Positions 1 through 12,762 of a stretch of 64,000 nt of DNA are shown piece after piece. Position numbers and translations under genes: made by a program. Below the pieces are notes generated by a model. That model saw nothing but the letters and a program-made list of their open reading frames with translations. It made no database searches and was not told the origin of the DNA. This DNA comes from Lama guanicoe. Its lineage: Eukaryota. Location of the stretch: positions 6,125,078-6,189,077 of the forward strand of contig MU054001.1 of assembly GCA_013239625.1 (NCBI GenBank), read 5' to 3'. The first letter of the stretch is position 1. Every line of letters starts with the position of its first letter.

Positions 1-1614
1 AGGGTTTTTCTGCATATTAAATGCACAATCAAAGAGCCATCTGCCCCAGATGGTAATGATCGAAATTGACAGACAATTTCATTAAGTATAATCTTCAAAC
101 TGAGACTTTCAGGAACAGCATGCAAGAAGAGGGTATGTTAAAGATTTATTATGCTTATGAACTATTTTCATACAATTATTCAAAACAGACTGAGAGTAAA
201 TTATTTACAAAATGTACTTGAAATGAGTGTGTACATTTAGGCCTTTAGAGGGTATGCATTTATCAAAGGGCTCTTAACATCCTGCTATTTTATTTGGCAT
301 GTGGTTTGTGTTTTAAAATATCAGTTAAGGGTTTCTTTGTTTAGAGATACTCTGCAAGCATGTCTATAAGAAACGTGAAACAAAATATGGCTGCGGATTC
401 AGTAAAAGTACATCTGAAGGGGCAACAAATGCTGGATGTGGGCTCTGCCCATTTTATAAACTGTGCTCTCTCCAACAGGAGAGATGGTTGGGCTATTTTA
501 AATATGAGTGGGAAATAAGTCAGACAGGCACTGATATCTTTATATATTATTAAAATGCCCTAATCTCAGGCTTTCAGAAACTTTTAGCCACATTCTTGAG
601 CCATGATTCAAGCTAAACTTCATTCACTTTCATGTCTGTTCTCCCAGTGATCTTTCTTATCCCTTTGTTTCTCCAGGCAGAATCTGACATTTCCCATTAC
701 CTCCTTCACTCCATCACTTTGATCTTGTAGGACTTGAGAGAGATGGAGCCTATTTCTCCTTCCTCTGAAGGGCCAGCCTGGAAACATTGGATATGATGTA
801 GGCAGCTGTCCTCTTGAATCTGGTCAGCCTGTGTGCATTCCGACAGCGTGTCCTTCTGTCACAGGGGAAGGCCAGTGCCTAGGAGAGAGAAGGGCTGCGC
901 TCTCTTTCTGCTCTTATGCCAAGCAGCTGGGTGCCTTGTATCATCCCATCCCCACCTGCTTCTTCCTCAAGGAAAGGAGGAATGGTTCTCAGGAGTCTAC
1001 CTTTGGAAGGCTTACCATTAGCTATAAGATCAATTCTCCTAGAATCAAATATCAGCTTAACTAAGAGAGAATGAAGAAGAAAAATGAATTAGGGGTGGTT
1101 GAACCACCAGAGATAGGCATGAAGAATGAGCTAGATTATTAATTTTTTGTTGTTTAATATTTAACAAACCAAGGCTCTCCTCTTGCCAAAACGACTCCCT
1201 GGGTGTAAATCTGGCCCAGATGGAATGAGAGGTTTCTTTTCCCCACTGCAAAGTCTGACTTTTATTGTTCCCTTTGCAGTCCTAGAATTTGTCATACGAT
1301 CTGAATTTGCCCTATTTTGTACCTATCCCACTATGCCAAAACTCAACCTGTCCTTCACTTTGCTCTTGAGTTAAATACATTCCCAGTCATTGATATATCA
1401 ATGTTCGGAACATTTCCCACAGGGCTAGCAAGTCTCCTGCTGTTTTTCCCCCCTTGGTGTCCTGGTGACTTCAGACACAGGGAAAGGACCTGGGTTTGTG
1501 ACCAAATCAGGAGGTTCAAGCTGGTAGAGGCTTTGTAGAGATCAGCTGAAGCCCAGAAAGGAGGTGACCGAGCCAGGGTCACATGAGCTGCATGATCTGG
1601 GAACCGATCAGCCC

Positions 1615-1760
1615 ACGTGGTGTAGAGCTGCACCAACTCTGGGATCTGGCTACCAGAGATCCCAGCCTGCTCTGCCACTTGCTGAGTGTCCTCTTGGAGT
1701 CTCAGTTTTCCCACCCATTAAATGGGGGTAATAATTTCTCTCTACCTGCACAGGAATATA
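1615..1760 (+). mobile_element. MIR SINE fragment
   Basis: MIR core-like ctctgccactt...tctcagttttcccacccattaaatgggggtaataat. Confidence 0.7.
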
Positions 1761-2179
1761 GGAAGAGCCCTATCAGCCCAGGGTCAGTGATTAATAGTAA
1801 AAAGAGTGACTACCCATTCCATAAAGAAATTCTCTTTACCCAAATGTTGCTACTACAGAATTCAATTTTTCATTTTGCCACCATGGGATTTAGTGTTCCC
1901 ACTTAATATTTTGTCTGTAAAATTGAGAATAAATGAGATTTTTCCAGATGGGAAAGCAATCTGCCATTCCTTCTTCCCCAAGTGTCATCAGAAATTTTAA
2001 ATAATGTTCTCTGTTGCCCTTGGTGACTTGACAAATAAGAAAAAAAGGGGGGAGGGGTCAAAAAAGGAAGGGAAAAGGAAATGTACTCCGTAGGAGAAGA
2101 AGGGCACAGGAGTGGGAGGGAAGGAGAAAGAGGGAGCTCCAGAATTCCTTTCTGGGTAGAACTTAAGAAATCATCTACT

Positions 2180-2278
2180 CCAATCTCTTGGATTACATCT
2201 GGGGTAACTGAGGCACAGAAAGGGGATGGGTCTCCATGGTGGCAGAGATTAGAACTCAGGATCCAGTTTTCCAAACTG
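2180..2278 (-). mobile_element. MIR fragment
   Basis: antisense core gtaactgaggcacagaaagg...ggcagagattagaactcagg. Confidence 0.6.
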
Positions 2279-2279
2279 T

Positions 2280-2545
2280 CCTTCCCTCTGCTTAGAATGC
2301 CTTTCATTCTGCACCACCCTCCCCATACCACCTTCTTGCCTCCTCAATGCCTATTAATTTTGAAATCTCAACTCAAACACCCCTTCGTCTGCCAAGTCTT
2401 CTTGGACCTCCCCCTGCCCACCTGATCTGGGCCCCCATTTCACCTCTTCCCGGCACTCGCCGGTGTGTTTCTTCCCCACCTGCTCATCCACCCACCGCCC
2501 AGGACATGCAATCTGCCCTCCATAAACATGAGTCAGTTAGGGAGT
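2280..2545 (+). mobile_element. L2 LINE 3' fragment
   Basis: cttccctctgcttagaatgccttt...tctcaactcaaacacccctt, L2 3' region motifs. Confidence 0.55.
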
Positions 2546-3049
2546 AGGAAACACAGAGCACCTGCTCCACATGAGATGTTTTTACTTCGGCCAAGAAATA
2601 TCTCCATACAATTCATTCATAAGGCAACAGATAGAAACAGTTTCCACTGACGCATCTTTGCAAGAGCAAGGTTCTAGCAGGATTCATTAAAGGAAACTTT
2701 ATTAATTGTGATGTTCCCTCCTGCAAAGGCAATGTGGCTCTTTCTCTCTAGCCAGCTCCCCTTTTCAAGGCAAACAGGGCTGCACAGGACAAGAATAAGC
2801 AAATTCCATCAATTGTTCTAGTGCTTTATTTTTTTCTAACAGTTGCTCTTATCACCCTAGACATACTTTATGCGGAACAAATTGATTAAAACATAAAAGG
2901 CGGATTCACTTTCTGTTAGGCTCTGCGGTGTGTAGTTATTGGGATGTAAAAAGATCCAAGTGGCTTAACTAAATCCAAAAAAAATCCATCTCCTACTGTC
3001 TTATCTTCAGCTGTAAAGTTTAAGCTCCTTGCTGAGAAGAATGCAGGAA

Positions 3050-3830
3050 GAGAACTGACATTTATTGAGTTCCTACTACATGCCAAGTGCTGGGTGAGAC
3101 AACTTCTATCACTTAATCACTCAGCAAATATTTGAGACCCAGGCACGGTTCTAGGAACTGGGAAGTCAGCAACAAAAAAATAAAAGTCCCTGCTGGCATG
3201 AAGCACCCATTCCAGCGAGCGGAGACCGACCGTAAGCAAATGAAAAAGACCATGTAATGTCAGGAATTATGGCTATGAAGAGAAATAGAACAGATTAAAG
3301 AAGTAGGAGTGATGGATAATATTAGTTTAGGAATCAGGAAAGGGCTCTCTGAGAACGTGGCCCTGGAGCCGAGATCTGAATGATGACAGCAGCAAGGCTT
3401 GTGACTGTGGGGAGGAAGGACGTTCCAGGCGGAGAGAGCAGCCAGCACAGAGGTCCAGACAGAGGTACGAATGCGTCTGAGCTGCTGGACTAACAGGGTG
3501 GGGAGTGTCGGGAGCACAAGGCGTAAGGCAATGAGGATCAGGAGATGGGGATGGAGATGTGGGTGACGTCACCATGCTAAGGCCTTTGGACTCTATTCCA
3601 AATTTCATAACAACCCTTTGGGGGGTTTTGAGTGAGGGCATGCCATGATCTGATTTACTTTTTAAATGACTGTGTCTCATTTCATCCTTAAAACGACCTT
3701 AAGAGAGAAGCAGCATTAACCTCACTTTATAGATATAGGAATTGCGGATGGGGGGGATGAAATATCTTGCCCAAATTGAGGCTGCTTGTAAATTTTAGAT
3801 TTGCGATTCCAACTCAGGACAGCTCGGTCA
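3050..3830 (-). mobile_element. MIR split in two (about 3050-3112 and 3678-3830) by an L2
   Basis: catttattgagttcctactacatgccaag on the left; ctcactttatagat...cttgcccaa...gattccaactcagg on the right. Confidence 0.65.
3113..3677 (-). mobile_element. L2 (L2a/b-like) 3' portion
   Basis: cactcagcaaatatttg...gagccgagatctgaatga...gttccaggcggagagagcagc...ggttttgagtgagggcatgccatgatctgattta. Confidence 0.8.
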
Positions 3831-6444
3831 TCAACCCGAAGCCCTTCGCACCCTCCCACCCCTTCTGAGGACAGGGCCTGCATTCCACGTGGTTCTGAAA
3901 CACGGTCACAGCACCCAGCATGCGGCTGCTGCCCGGTGGGTATTTTCTGAACGAATGCTAGGACTCCAGCTCTGCCAAATCCCTGGGATGCCTGGGTGTT
4001 TGGGTCACTGAAGAGATAAATACGGAGGATAAAGGGGTTTTTTACAACCAAAAAAGGGGAATGAAAAAAAAATTAAGATGTTTTAATCTGTACTCCTTTT
4101 GGGGCAATGCCTTTCCGTAGAAAAATATGATTTTTTTTCCCCTAGTGCTTCAGTGTTTGTCTGTTTTGATATTTAAAATTCCATTTTCTACATACAGCTC
4201 TGTGCCCACACATGAACTTTAACTTTGAAATGGACAATCAGCTTGCTGTTCAGTCCAAAGATCTATTGGAAATGACATCCCTTAAATCTAGCTGAGTTTT
4301 GAGTTAACTCCTGGTGGCCATTCGCACACACGTAGACGATGTCAAGATGAGGAAACTAGGCATGGATCACTTGTGTTGTGCCCTCTCTCCTTTCTACACC
4401 CATGTAAGCCACCATGGGGTGGTTCCATTCCCCATCCTTTTCCCAGGGGCGAACTGAAAGAGAAAAGAGCATTTTCAGGTGAGTACACATGATACACCCC
4501 AGCCGTGACCCAGAACTCCTCCCTGAATACCCCAAAGCTCGTCCCTAACAGTCGTCCATGAAATAAAGATTAATAGGTAAAGTAACAACTCCGGGGGTGA
4601 GTGAGGAGCTCTCCCTGGTGCTGGAGGGCTAGGGAACTAAGCCAGGCTACTCTTGCTTTCGAGAGCCTGCAGGCTTGTCCGTGGGACGAGGTCAAGCACA
4701 TTCTCACACAAAGTCGCAAACATGGAAAGGCACTGAAGGACACAAACCAGAAATTCTAAGAGCTTCCAGCAGGGGCCTTACCTAGTCTGGGGTGGAAGCA
4801 CAGGGATTTCTCTGATAATTGACATAAAGAGGTTGGGCAGGCATTACGAAGATGAAGTGAAGGAAGCAGGTGCAGTTGAGGCTGGGAGCTTTGCCCAGCT
4901 CAGGAGAGGGCAGAACCTGGAGAGGGCTGGTGTGACTGTGGTCCAGAGACAGCGTGGGGGACTGAAGGAGGGAGAAAGAGACATTTAAGGGCCTGATCTT
5001 GGCGTCTCCTTTGCCCCAGCACTCACCACACTGTTGATGCAGCTTCCAGATGAGGCAGCAAATTAATGGGCAAAAAACAAGCTGAGGAAATCCTAGAATC
5101 TCCCAGGCACATCTAGACACAGTGGGTTCTGCAATCCTGCAATGAGACAAGCGTAGGCAGGGATTTGCAGAGAAAGCCATTAACCTCAATTCCCCAGAGA
5201 GGAACTCCAGGTGAGGCTCTCAGGGTACTTGGCCTTGACAGTCGTTTACATGTTTACATCCTGGGGCTCCTGGAAGAAATGAGAAGCAGTCACTCGCGCA
5301 GCAAGCAGCTCTCACCCTTCCTTCCCCATAATAACACTGTCACCAGAGGATGGAAAATTACCCTGACGTCTCTATATTTCTGAATTGCACTTTGGAGACA
5401 GACTGCATAAGGCAAACAGACCCCAAGTGAAAATCTTCTGGCTAGACTTCCAAGCCACGGACTAATAAATAACCCTGAAATATCCAGTCTGACTGCGGCT
5501 TTGCTCTGTGGCTCGTGGCTTCTGCCCCGGGGAGGACCATGAATTGCAGGACCTGACAGATGGGTCAGAAAAGTAGTATCTGCCTGGTGGGCGGAGGACC
5601 TGCAAAGTAGCCCCAATGGTGGTGCTTACTTAGGGAAAGGCTAACCTCCAAGAGAGGGGCGGGCCTCAAGGCAAGGTCTCCCGGGTGTGGAAGAATCAGC
5701 CCCAACCCACCAAGGGCAGAGACGAGACATCCTCCCCGAGTGAGGGAGCTCTGTGGATCAGAGGATCGAAGAAGGCAAACATGATTTTTAGTGGTGATTG
5801 AAAATGCTCATTAAGAGAGCCTGCGTGGCATTAAGCGAGCTCAATTGAAAGGTGCGAAATTTTCATAGTCTATTTTTTTTCCTCAGTCAAACACATTCTC
5901 AATTTGCCAAAGCACTTTTGCAATCATTTGTAAATTGGTCTGCCAGGGTCTCCATGAGAATGTTAAATGACAAGAAGAAGAATCAATACCTCATTGCTGA
6001 CACGGGGGTGGGTATCCATGTGAGAAACAAGACTCAAAGCCCCGAAAGAAGAGAAGGATGCAAAGATGTCAATCTCTGGGGGTGAAAAACAGTTAAGCAG
6101 AAGGTGCCAAATGCCAAGCTAGAGAGAATGATCTAAAATACCTAATGCAAGCAAATCTCACATAAGGCAGCTGTAGATGTTGAAGCTTTTTTTTTAATTT
6201 GATTTTGTCTGGGACTGCTGATAAGAATTACATCAAATAAGATTATCAAGAAATAAATTGACTCGTGCTTAAGCAATGGCTGCAAAAAATGGTGACGTGA
6301 ATTATAAAGAAAACATTTGTGATGTGAGTAATAAAGAAAACACATGAACAACTTTGGAAATAGGAAATTTATAGAGAGTTTAGTACAAAATCTGTATGCT
6401 GGAGGAGGCACTGCATTTAGGGGTTGGGTACTGCTGCTTGGGAG

Positions 6445-6690
6445 ACAATCATGACCAACGTTTATCAGGTGTTAACTGTGTACCAGGTACTGTTGGGGTT
6501 TTGGGGGGGTGGTTTGTGTGAACAAGTGGTTTCATCAACATTCAAGGAGCCCTGTGAATTATGAAAATGATTATCCCTGTTTTGTCACTGAAGAAACTGG
6601 CACAGAGAAGTTAGCTATCTTGTCCAAGGTCACACAGCAAATCAGAGCTGGGATTCCAGTCTCAGTCCCAGAGCTGTTGCTAGTTGATTC
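6445..6690 (-). mobile_element. MIR
   Basis: gaagaaactggcacagagaagttagctatcttgtccaaggtcacacagc. Confidence 0.8.
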
Positions 6691-8625
6691 TATTTTTTAT
6701 AATTGTCTACCCATTTGGCTGAGGAGAAAGGGAATTTGAGGGGACTGGCTGATACTCCCGTAAGAACAAGAAAGAAATAACTGGGTCGCTTTACCCTAGC
6801 GAACTTTTTTCTGGGGAGAGAACGTGAGAAGAGAGAAGACAGACACTGCTGTGGGTACATCCATCACCAAAGATGTTTTCTTTCCCCTCTGTGCCATTTC
6901 AGAGGCTTCAAGCTTCTGGCTGCAACTTCAAAGAGAACCCTGGGTTTTCTCTAAGCACAGTTATATTTAGCAAAATAAATATAAATTGGGGAGCAAGAGA
7001 GAGTAGTATTACTTTTACATGTTTTTCTCAAGCTCATCTAGGAAAAAGAGATTCAGCAACGTAATCATTTGAAATATTTTAAAATAATTACACAACAAGT
7101 CAAAAAGCCAAACATTCTCTTCTTTTTCAAGGTAGTCTAAGTTCTTTTGCATTTCGGCTTCTTAGAATAACATACCATTCCCTTTTAATTTCTTTTCTCT
7201 TTTAGAAAAGCTGCACAAATGCCTCTCAAGTACATGTCCTGCTCCTCTGAGCAAATTATCAGAGTCTCCTGGAACATTGTCCTCAAAGTTGCAAAGGCTG
7301 GTAATCAAATCCTTAAAAAATAAAATAGAATTTGTTTTTTTCTTTTGGGCTTGTGGTCCTATACCACCAAGATCTTCTTTTCCCTCTCAAATAAATGCAT
7401 AAATAACATTATCTTTCTAACAGATAAACCATTTTCTTGTTTTCTTTTGGAAGGAAGTTCTGGAGTAATTGTTGACACAGTTCAAGCCAGCAGCTTCCAG
7501 CCGTAGATGCCAGTGGTCCTCTTTTCTGTGTATGGAATAGTCACATTGCTTTTCTACAGCTTTTTTGTGATCCAGACCTGCTTGGCAGTGGAGGAGGGCA
7601 TTAAGTCAGTTAATGGTGTTTGGCTGCTGCCAGCCTTGTGTTCTGTAAGCCAGCAGAGGAGTGCAAGCATGGCTGGGGGAAAGGGCATCCGACTGAGGGA
7701 AAGAGGATTAGGTGGTTTTGTGGAGAAGGTACTGAGAGCCCGTGGCCCAAGTGGCCCAGGTGTGAATAGAATGGGGCGTGGAGAAGGCAGTCCTGCCGGA
7801 GTGAGCCCACAAGGCTCGGTGGGTTTCCTCCTTCCAGCCAGAAGCTCAGCCTCTCCCACATGAGATCATGGCGAGCTCTCTTTCCCTCAGTGCTTCTTTC
7901 TCTTTCTCTTTTATTTCCTTAGCCATTCAGAAAACCTTTTCCTTCACCCCCTCCTCCCCTTCCCCTCACTTTCCCACCTCCTCTGTCTCTGTCTCCTTCT
8001 GTCCCATCTTCCTTTTGTCAGTAGTGTTTTATAGGATACACCCCATTTGGCTGGCATTTCCCCTCAGGGAACAGATATGCCATCTTTTGTTCTTTCAAGC
8101 TGTTTTTGTTGCCGAGAGACAAAATACCTACTTTGTGTCATGTTCTCTTGTGTGTGACTAATGATAACAGAACAGTTATGAGCTGTACATCTGTATCCTT
8201 AGAAAGCTTAAATTAGTACCATTTTTAATATCACAATTATATTAGCATAAATTGTTTGCTTCTAAAACAAAGCATGTGAAAGCAATTAGATGACTTAAAT
8301 TATAGATGTCCATTGACTACTAACCATGAGAAAGCACGCAAGTCATTCTCAGCCCAGACTGCTGCAGTATTACTGCTGCCTGAAAGTGTCTAGGATGACT
8401 CCCTAGGCATTCTAAGAACAAGAGAATATCTGGGGAGGAGGAACTAGCACATGCCATCAAGGCCAGTCATCTGCACGTGCTCCCATTTCCGATCCCCACT
8501 CTCTGTGCTGATTTTCCCTCTTGACATCTTTGATACAGCTGACAATATTAGTCATAAGGTAAATGGATTTTAAAACTATAGATTTTGCCATAGTTGAACT
8601 AACTTTTAATAAACTTTTCTGGGGA

Positions 8626-8833
8626 AATGAATGAATGGATGGATGGGGGATGGATAGTTAGATGAGTGGATGGTGGATGGAAAAATGAATGGATGATGGA
8701 TGGATGGTGAATCGACAGAGGGACAGATGGTGGGTGGATGGATGGACGGATGGTAGGTAGACACATGGTTAAAGATGGATGGATGGATGGATGGAAGGTA
8801 GATACATGGTTGAAGATGGATGGATGGTGGATG
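8626..8833. repeat. Degenerate (TGGA)n tetranucleotide tract
   Basis: many tgga/ggat units seen directly. Confidence 0.9.
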
Positions 8834-9259
8834 TAAGCAGACTCTTGCAGTCAAATCAGGTCATCTGAGGAAAATTAAGTTTGCTTATTTCCAATTAAAT
8901 GAGTGCCTTTTCAATGCAAGACTTAAAGGTGGTAGATGTTTTGAGGCAAAGAAGTAGAAGTGACTCAAGTCCTCAAAAAAGTTGAATCTAATTCAGAAAT
9001 CAGACAATCTATAACTAAACATAAACATAAATTATGTGGTACAGATTGTTCACAGAAAACTCAGGTGGAAAAAACAAAAAACGAATTCCAGGTAAGAAAT
9101 GGAGTATTCAGGGAAGGCCTTATGGAAGAGACTTGAGCTGAGCAAGAGTTTAAGGCCAGATTAGGTTTGGACGAGGGGGAGGAGGGGTTATCTCTACGGA
9201 GTAACGAATGACATTTGGTGGCACCAAGCCATTTCTTTTATTTATAGTTTTCCACTGTT

Positions 9260-9380
9260 CAAGGACTTTGAGCAAGAGGAACTATAATTTTGTCTTTTCT
9301 TTCATTGCACACTCAGCCCCAAGCACAGTATCTTGTACAAATCAGGATCAGTTAACATGGAATGAATGGATGAGTTGAAA
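9260..9380 (+). mobile_element. L2 3' end
   Basis: ccccaagcacagtatcttgtacaaat...ggaatgaatggatga resembles the L2 tail. Confidence 0.5.
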
Positions 9381-10164
9381 AAATAAATGAAGCGTTATAT
9401 CCAAAGTCTCTACCCAGACTACAGTCTTGCCTTGAGATTTTGGCATAAACTGAAGCTCAGCTACACCCTAGTATGGATTATATTTGATTAGACTTTTCCT
9501 GCACAAAAGAGCCTTGCTAGCAAGTTTACAATATGGATTGGGAATAAGTTGATTAAATAAAACTTGTACTTTAGCGATAATGGAGGAAAACTAGTTTCTT
9601 TGCATTATTTTCCAAGAGGAACCCTTTCATATCTGAAATGAAAAGAAAAGAACCAAAGGGAAAATGGAGCCTAGCTTTGACACAACCTTAATTAAATAAC
9701 TTCACTCCCAACTTTTTAGAAAAATCAAATCTAATGCTATTTTGCCCACGTTCTTCAAGAGCATAACATATCACTCCACTGGCTTTAGCCTTGCAAGCAG
9801 CAACGAGCAGTAATTTAATTAGCTGATGTGCCGAATCAGCAGTTTCGAGACTGTGACTGGCTACCCTCGGAACTAAACAGGACACTGGATTGGGAAATGG
9901 TATCTGCCCCTTCGGGTCCTGGGCAGTGAGTGACGGGGAGTTTGCTAATGACTTCAAGTCTTAAGCAGTTGACCCCTGGATTCCCTCCAGTCCATCTGTT
10001 CTTTGAATGCCGTGCCTTTGGGAAATTCTACCTCCAAGGCTAGAGAGAAATTTGAGAAAATAATGGAGAGAAAGGAAGGGATTTATAGTCAAGAAGATCT
10101 TGCCTGCCTTCTGCCTTTCCATTTACTGTTCTCTCCATTTAGAAGGCTCCGTCTTCCCCCCACT

Positions 10165-10477
10165 TCCTCACTTCACCCTGGCCCTGCTCAAATGTCATCC
10201 CAACAGAGAGGCTTTCCGAGTTCATCCTACTTGTTTTCACTCCCCCTCTCCTATCCTGACCTCCTTTACTCTCCTTCCCTTTATACTTCTCTATTTTTTC
10301 CATGCACTTGTTACCACATGACGGCGATATTTGTTTGTTCATTCTCAGTCAGCTCCCATGAGAGGAGACTGGGTAAGAACCTTGTCCCTTGTCTGTGGTA
10401 CTCAATACTTTACCTTTGCTTGCAGTTAGAACAGTGCCCAACACATAAAAGGCACTCATGTTTGTTTAAGGAATGAA
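10165..10477 (+). mobile_element. L2a 3' end
   Basis: ctgctcaaatgtcatcc...agagaggctttcc...ttagaacagtgcccaacacataaaaggcactca...gaatgaat. Confidence 0.75.
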
Positions 10478-10724
10478 TTTGTTGGGTTTTGCTTTGCATA
10501 TTTAAACTCTTTAAAGAGCTAAGCTGAAAGCAAGAGCTCTTTAGTAAGACTTAGAGTTAGCATTTTTTGAATACCTCCTCTGCGGGAGGCAAATTCCACC
10601 TTGGACATTCTCTGCCTGCCACAATCTGGGCTGCCGTAGAGGGATTCCACACAGGGGGATTACATTTAGGACTGTCACCTTGGCAGCTTGTGTATGTTGG
10701 AAGTTGAGAACAACTTGAGTTGAG

Positions 10725-10922
10725 TGATGATGATAAGTTGACATATAAAGGACCTACTATGTGTTGGAGACTTTTGAGTGTTAATTCATTTAATTGTCAC
10801 CACACCCTTATGAAGTAGATTCTGCTATTATCTTCATTGAATAGATCAGGAAAATAAGCCAGAGAGAAATAACTTGTTCAAGGTCACACACGCAAACTTA
10901 TGTCAGAGTCTGGTTCCAGGAT
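10725..10922 (-). mobile_element. MIR
   Basis: cctactatgtg...tcatttaatt...aataacttgttcaaggtcacac. Confidence 0.75.
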
Positions 10923-12130
10923 CGTACAGAAATGCCACTGAAGCAAAAAAAAAGGAAGCTCAAGGAAGAGATGCTCAGGACTGGAATCTGTGTCAGTCCT
11001 GGAGACCCATGAGCTGGGACTCAGCAGGTGCTGTCATCAGAGCAGGGTTGCAAAGGATCCGAGACAAGAGCGCTACTTTTCCCTGAATAAGCTTATGCAA
11101 TATTTACAGAAAACTGCTCATTGAAGAGACCATTAAAGGTGAAATCTCTTACCAAAGGAGATTTTTGTACCCAGTAATCACTAGATAAATGAAAAAATTC
11201 ATGCTCCGTGGAGCTCAAAACTCTCTCCCGAGGGGATGGAGAAAGCAGTTCCTAAAATAAAAAAGGACATGTAGGATAATCATTGTGCTAAATAACGCAC
11301 GTGAAAAAAACAAAACAAAAACATCACCAGGCCCTTGAATTTAGCTAAAGACTTTTTTTCTTTTTTTGGAATGAGCTTCTTTCACTTGCATCTAAGTGAT
11401 TTCTTTTTCCACTTGAACTGCCTCAAAAAGAGTGAGTCAAAAAGAAAAGTTACTGGGAATGGAATTCAATAAGATTTAAAGAGAAGTGAAATTAAGTATT
11501 ATTTGATGCCTCAATTCCCGGCTGGTCACACGTAAGTTCCTGGCAGGGAGCTCACTTAGCTGAGCTTCAGGAAGCACGTTCAATGGGTTGTGGTTCTATA
11601 CACACGCACACACACACACATGGGATCGGGAAGGGGAATGGAAGGAAATAAGGCATATAGTCTGTTCAGTTTGGGGTGACTTTCTCTGGGTTCAAATCCC
11701 AGCCCCAGCCCCAGCCCCCACAGAATGAAGTCAGGTGAGAAGTGGTTCCTCAAATAAGGTGAGGGGCTCCCTGACCAGACAAAGGGATGCAGCTGGCACT
11801 TACACGTGGCCCGGGGGTGCTCAGCTGTTGGCTTCCCTCCTCACCACCAGCACTGAGATGACCAAAGGGTAGTCGAGGGAAACCATCCAGATGTGATGGT
11901 CCAGGGCATCGGGGAGGAGCATCTAAAGGCACAAAGACCCCAGAGACAAGCCTGATGCTGCTCAGTGATGCCCAAGCCCATTCTGCCCTGGAAGAGAGGT
12001 TTGCCACCTGCCTTCTCGAGCATCACCAGAAATGTGATCTCGGAGGGTACTGAACTAGGAAATACCAGGCAAGTCAACTCAGCCACACGGTCTTCCTTTT
12101 ACTTTGTTTTGGGGATGGAGTCAAGCAAAT

Positions 12131-12541
12131 TGTCTAAGGTTGGGATTCCCCCAGAAGCAAATCCTGAGATGATTTCAGTGCAAGTGGCTTATTGGGAGGT
12201 GATCCCAGGAAATCCAGGAAGAAAGGGAAGGGAAAGGAGCCAATGAGGGCATGTTTACTGTAACCAGGTCCCCCTGGGGGCACCTGGGGTTCAGTCCCGC
12301 TGAGGATCTCAGGGACCACTTAGACTGTGCCTCAGTGGAGGGATTTTTCCACCAACTCCCATCCATCGCAGCTCCCTGACATTTCTCCCACCTTCTCGGT
12401 GAGCTAGGAATGTTCGAGTGCCCAGAGAAAGCCCCAAGAGAAAGAAGCACAGGTCAGAGAGGGCAGAAGCCATCTGGCGGGGGTGTGTGGGGATGGGCAG
12501 GCCTAGGGGAGGTGGACTGGGCACCCACATTGCCTGCCACA
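12131..12541 (-). mobile_element. ERVL solo LTR, LTR33-like
   Basis: TG...CA termini; tgtctaaggttgggattcccccagaagcaaatcctgaga...tgcaagtggcttattgggaggtgatcccaggaa matches antisense LTR33 as remembered. Confidence 0.75.
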
Positions 12542-12559
12542 CACACAGAAAGTGACTGT

Positions 12560-12762
12560 ACCGCCAGAAACTGCAAAAGCTACTTAGTTCCAACCAATTA
12601 CTGGCCGCACGAGAAGGTGGACTTAGTGTTCAAGAGAAACTACAAGTCTAAATTTTATTTGAAATCCTTTTATTTTCAAATGTGTTAGTAACAAATTCGA
12701 AAATGTAAAACCACTGCAGACTATGTAAACTCATTTGCTGGTCCCAGTTTACAGCATCCGGT
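12560..12762. mobile_element. hAT-Charlie DNA transposon fossil, MER102-like
   Basis: ttcaagagaaac...ttttatttgaaatcc...caaatgtgttagtaacaaattc...ccagtttacagcatcc. Confidence 0.55.
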
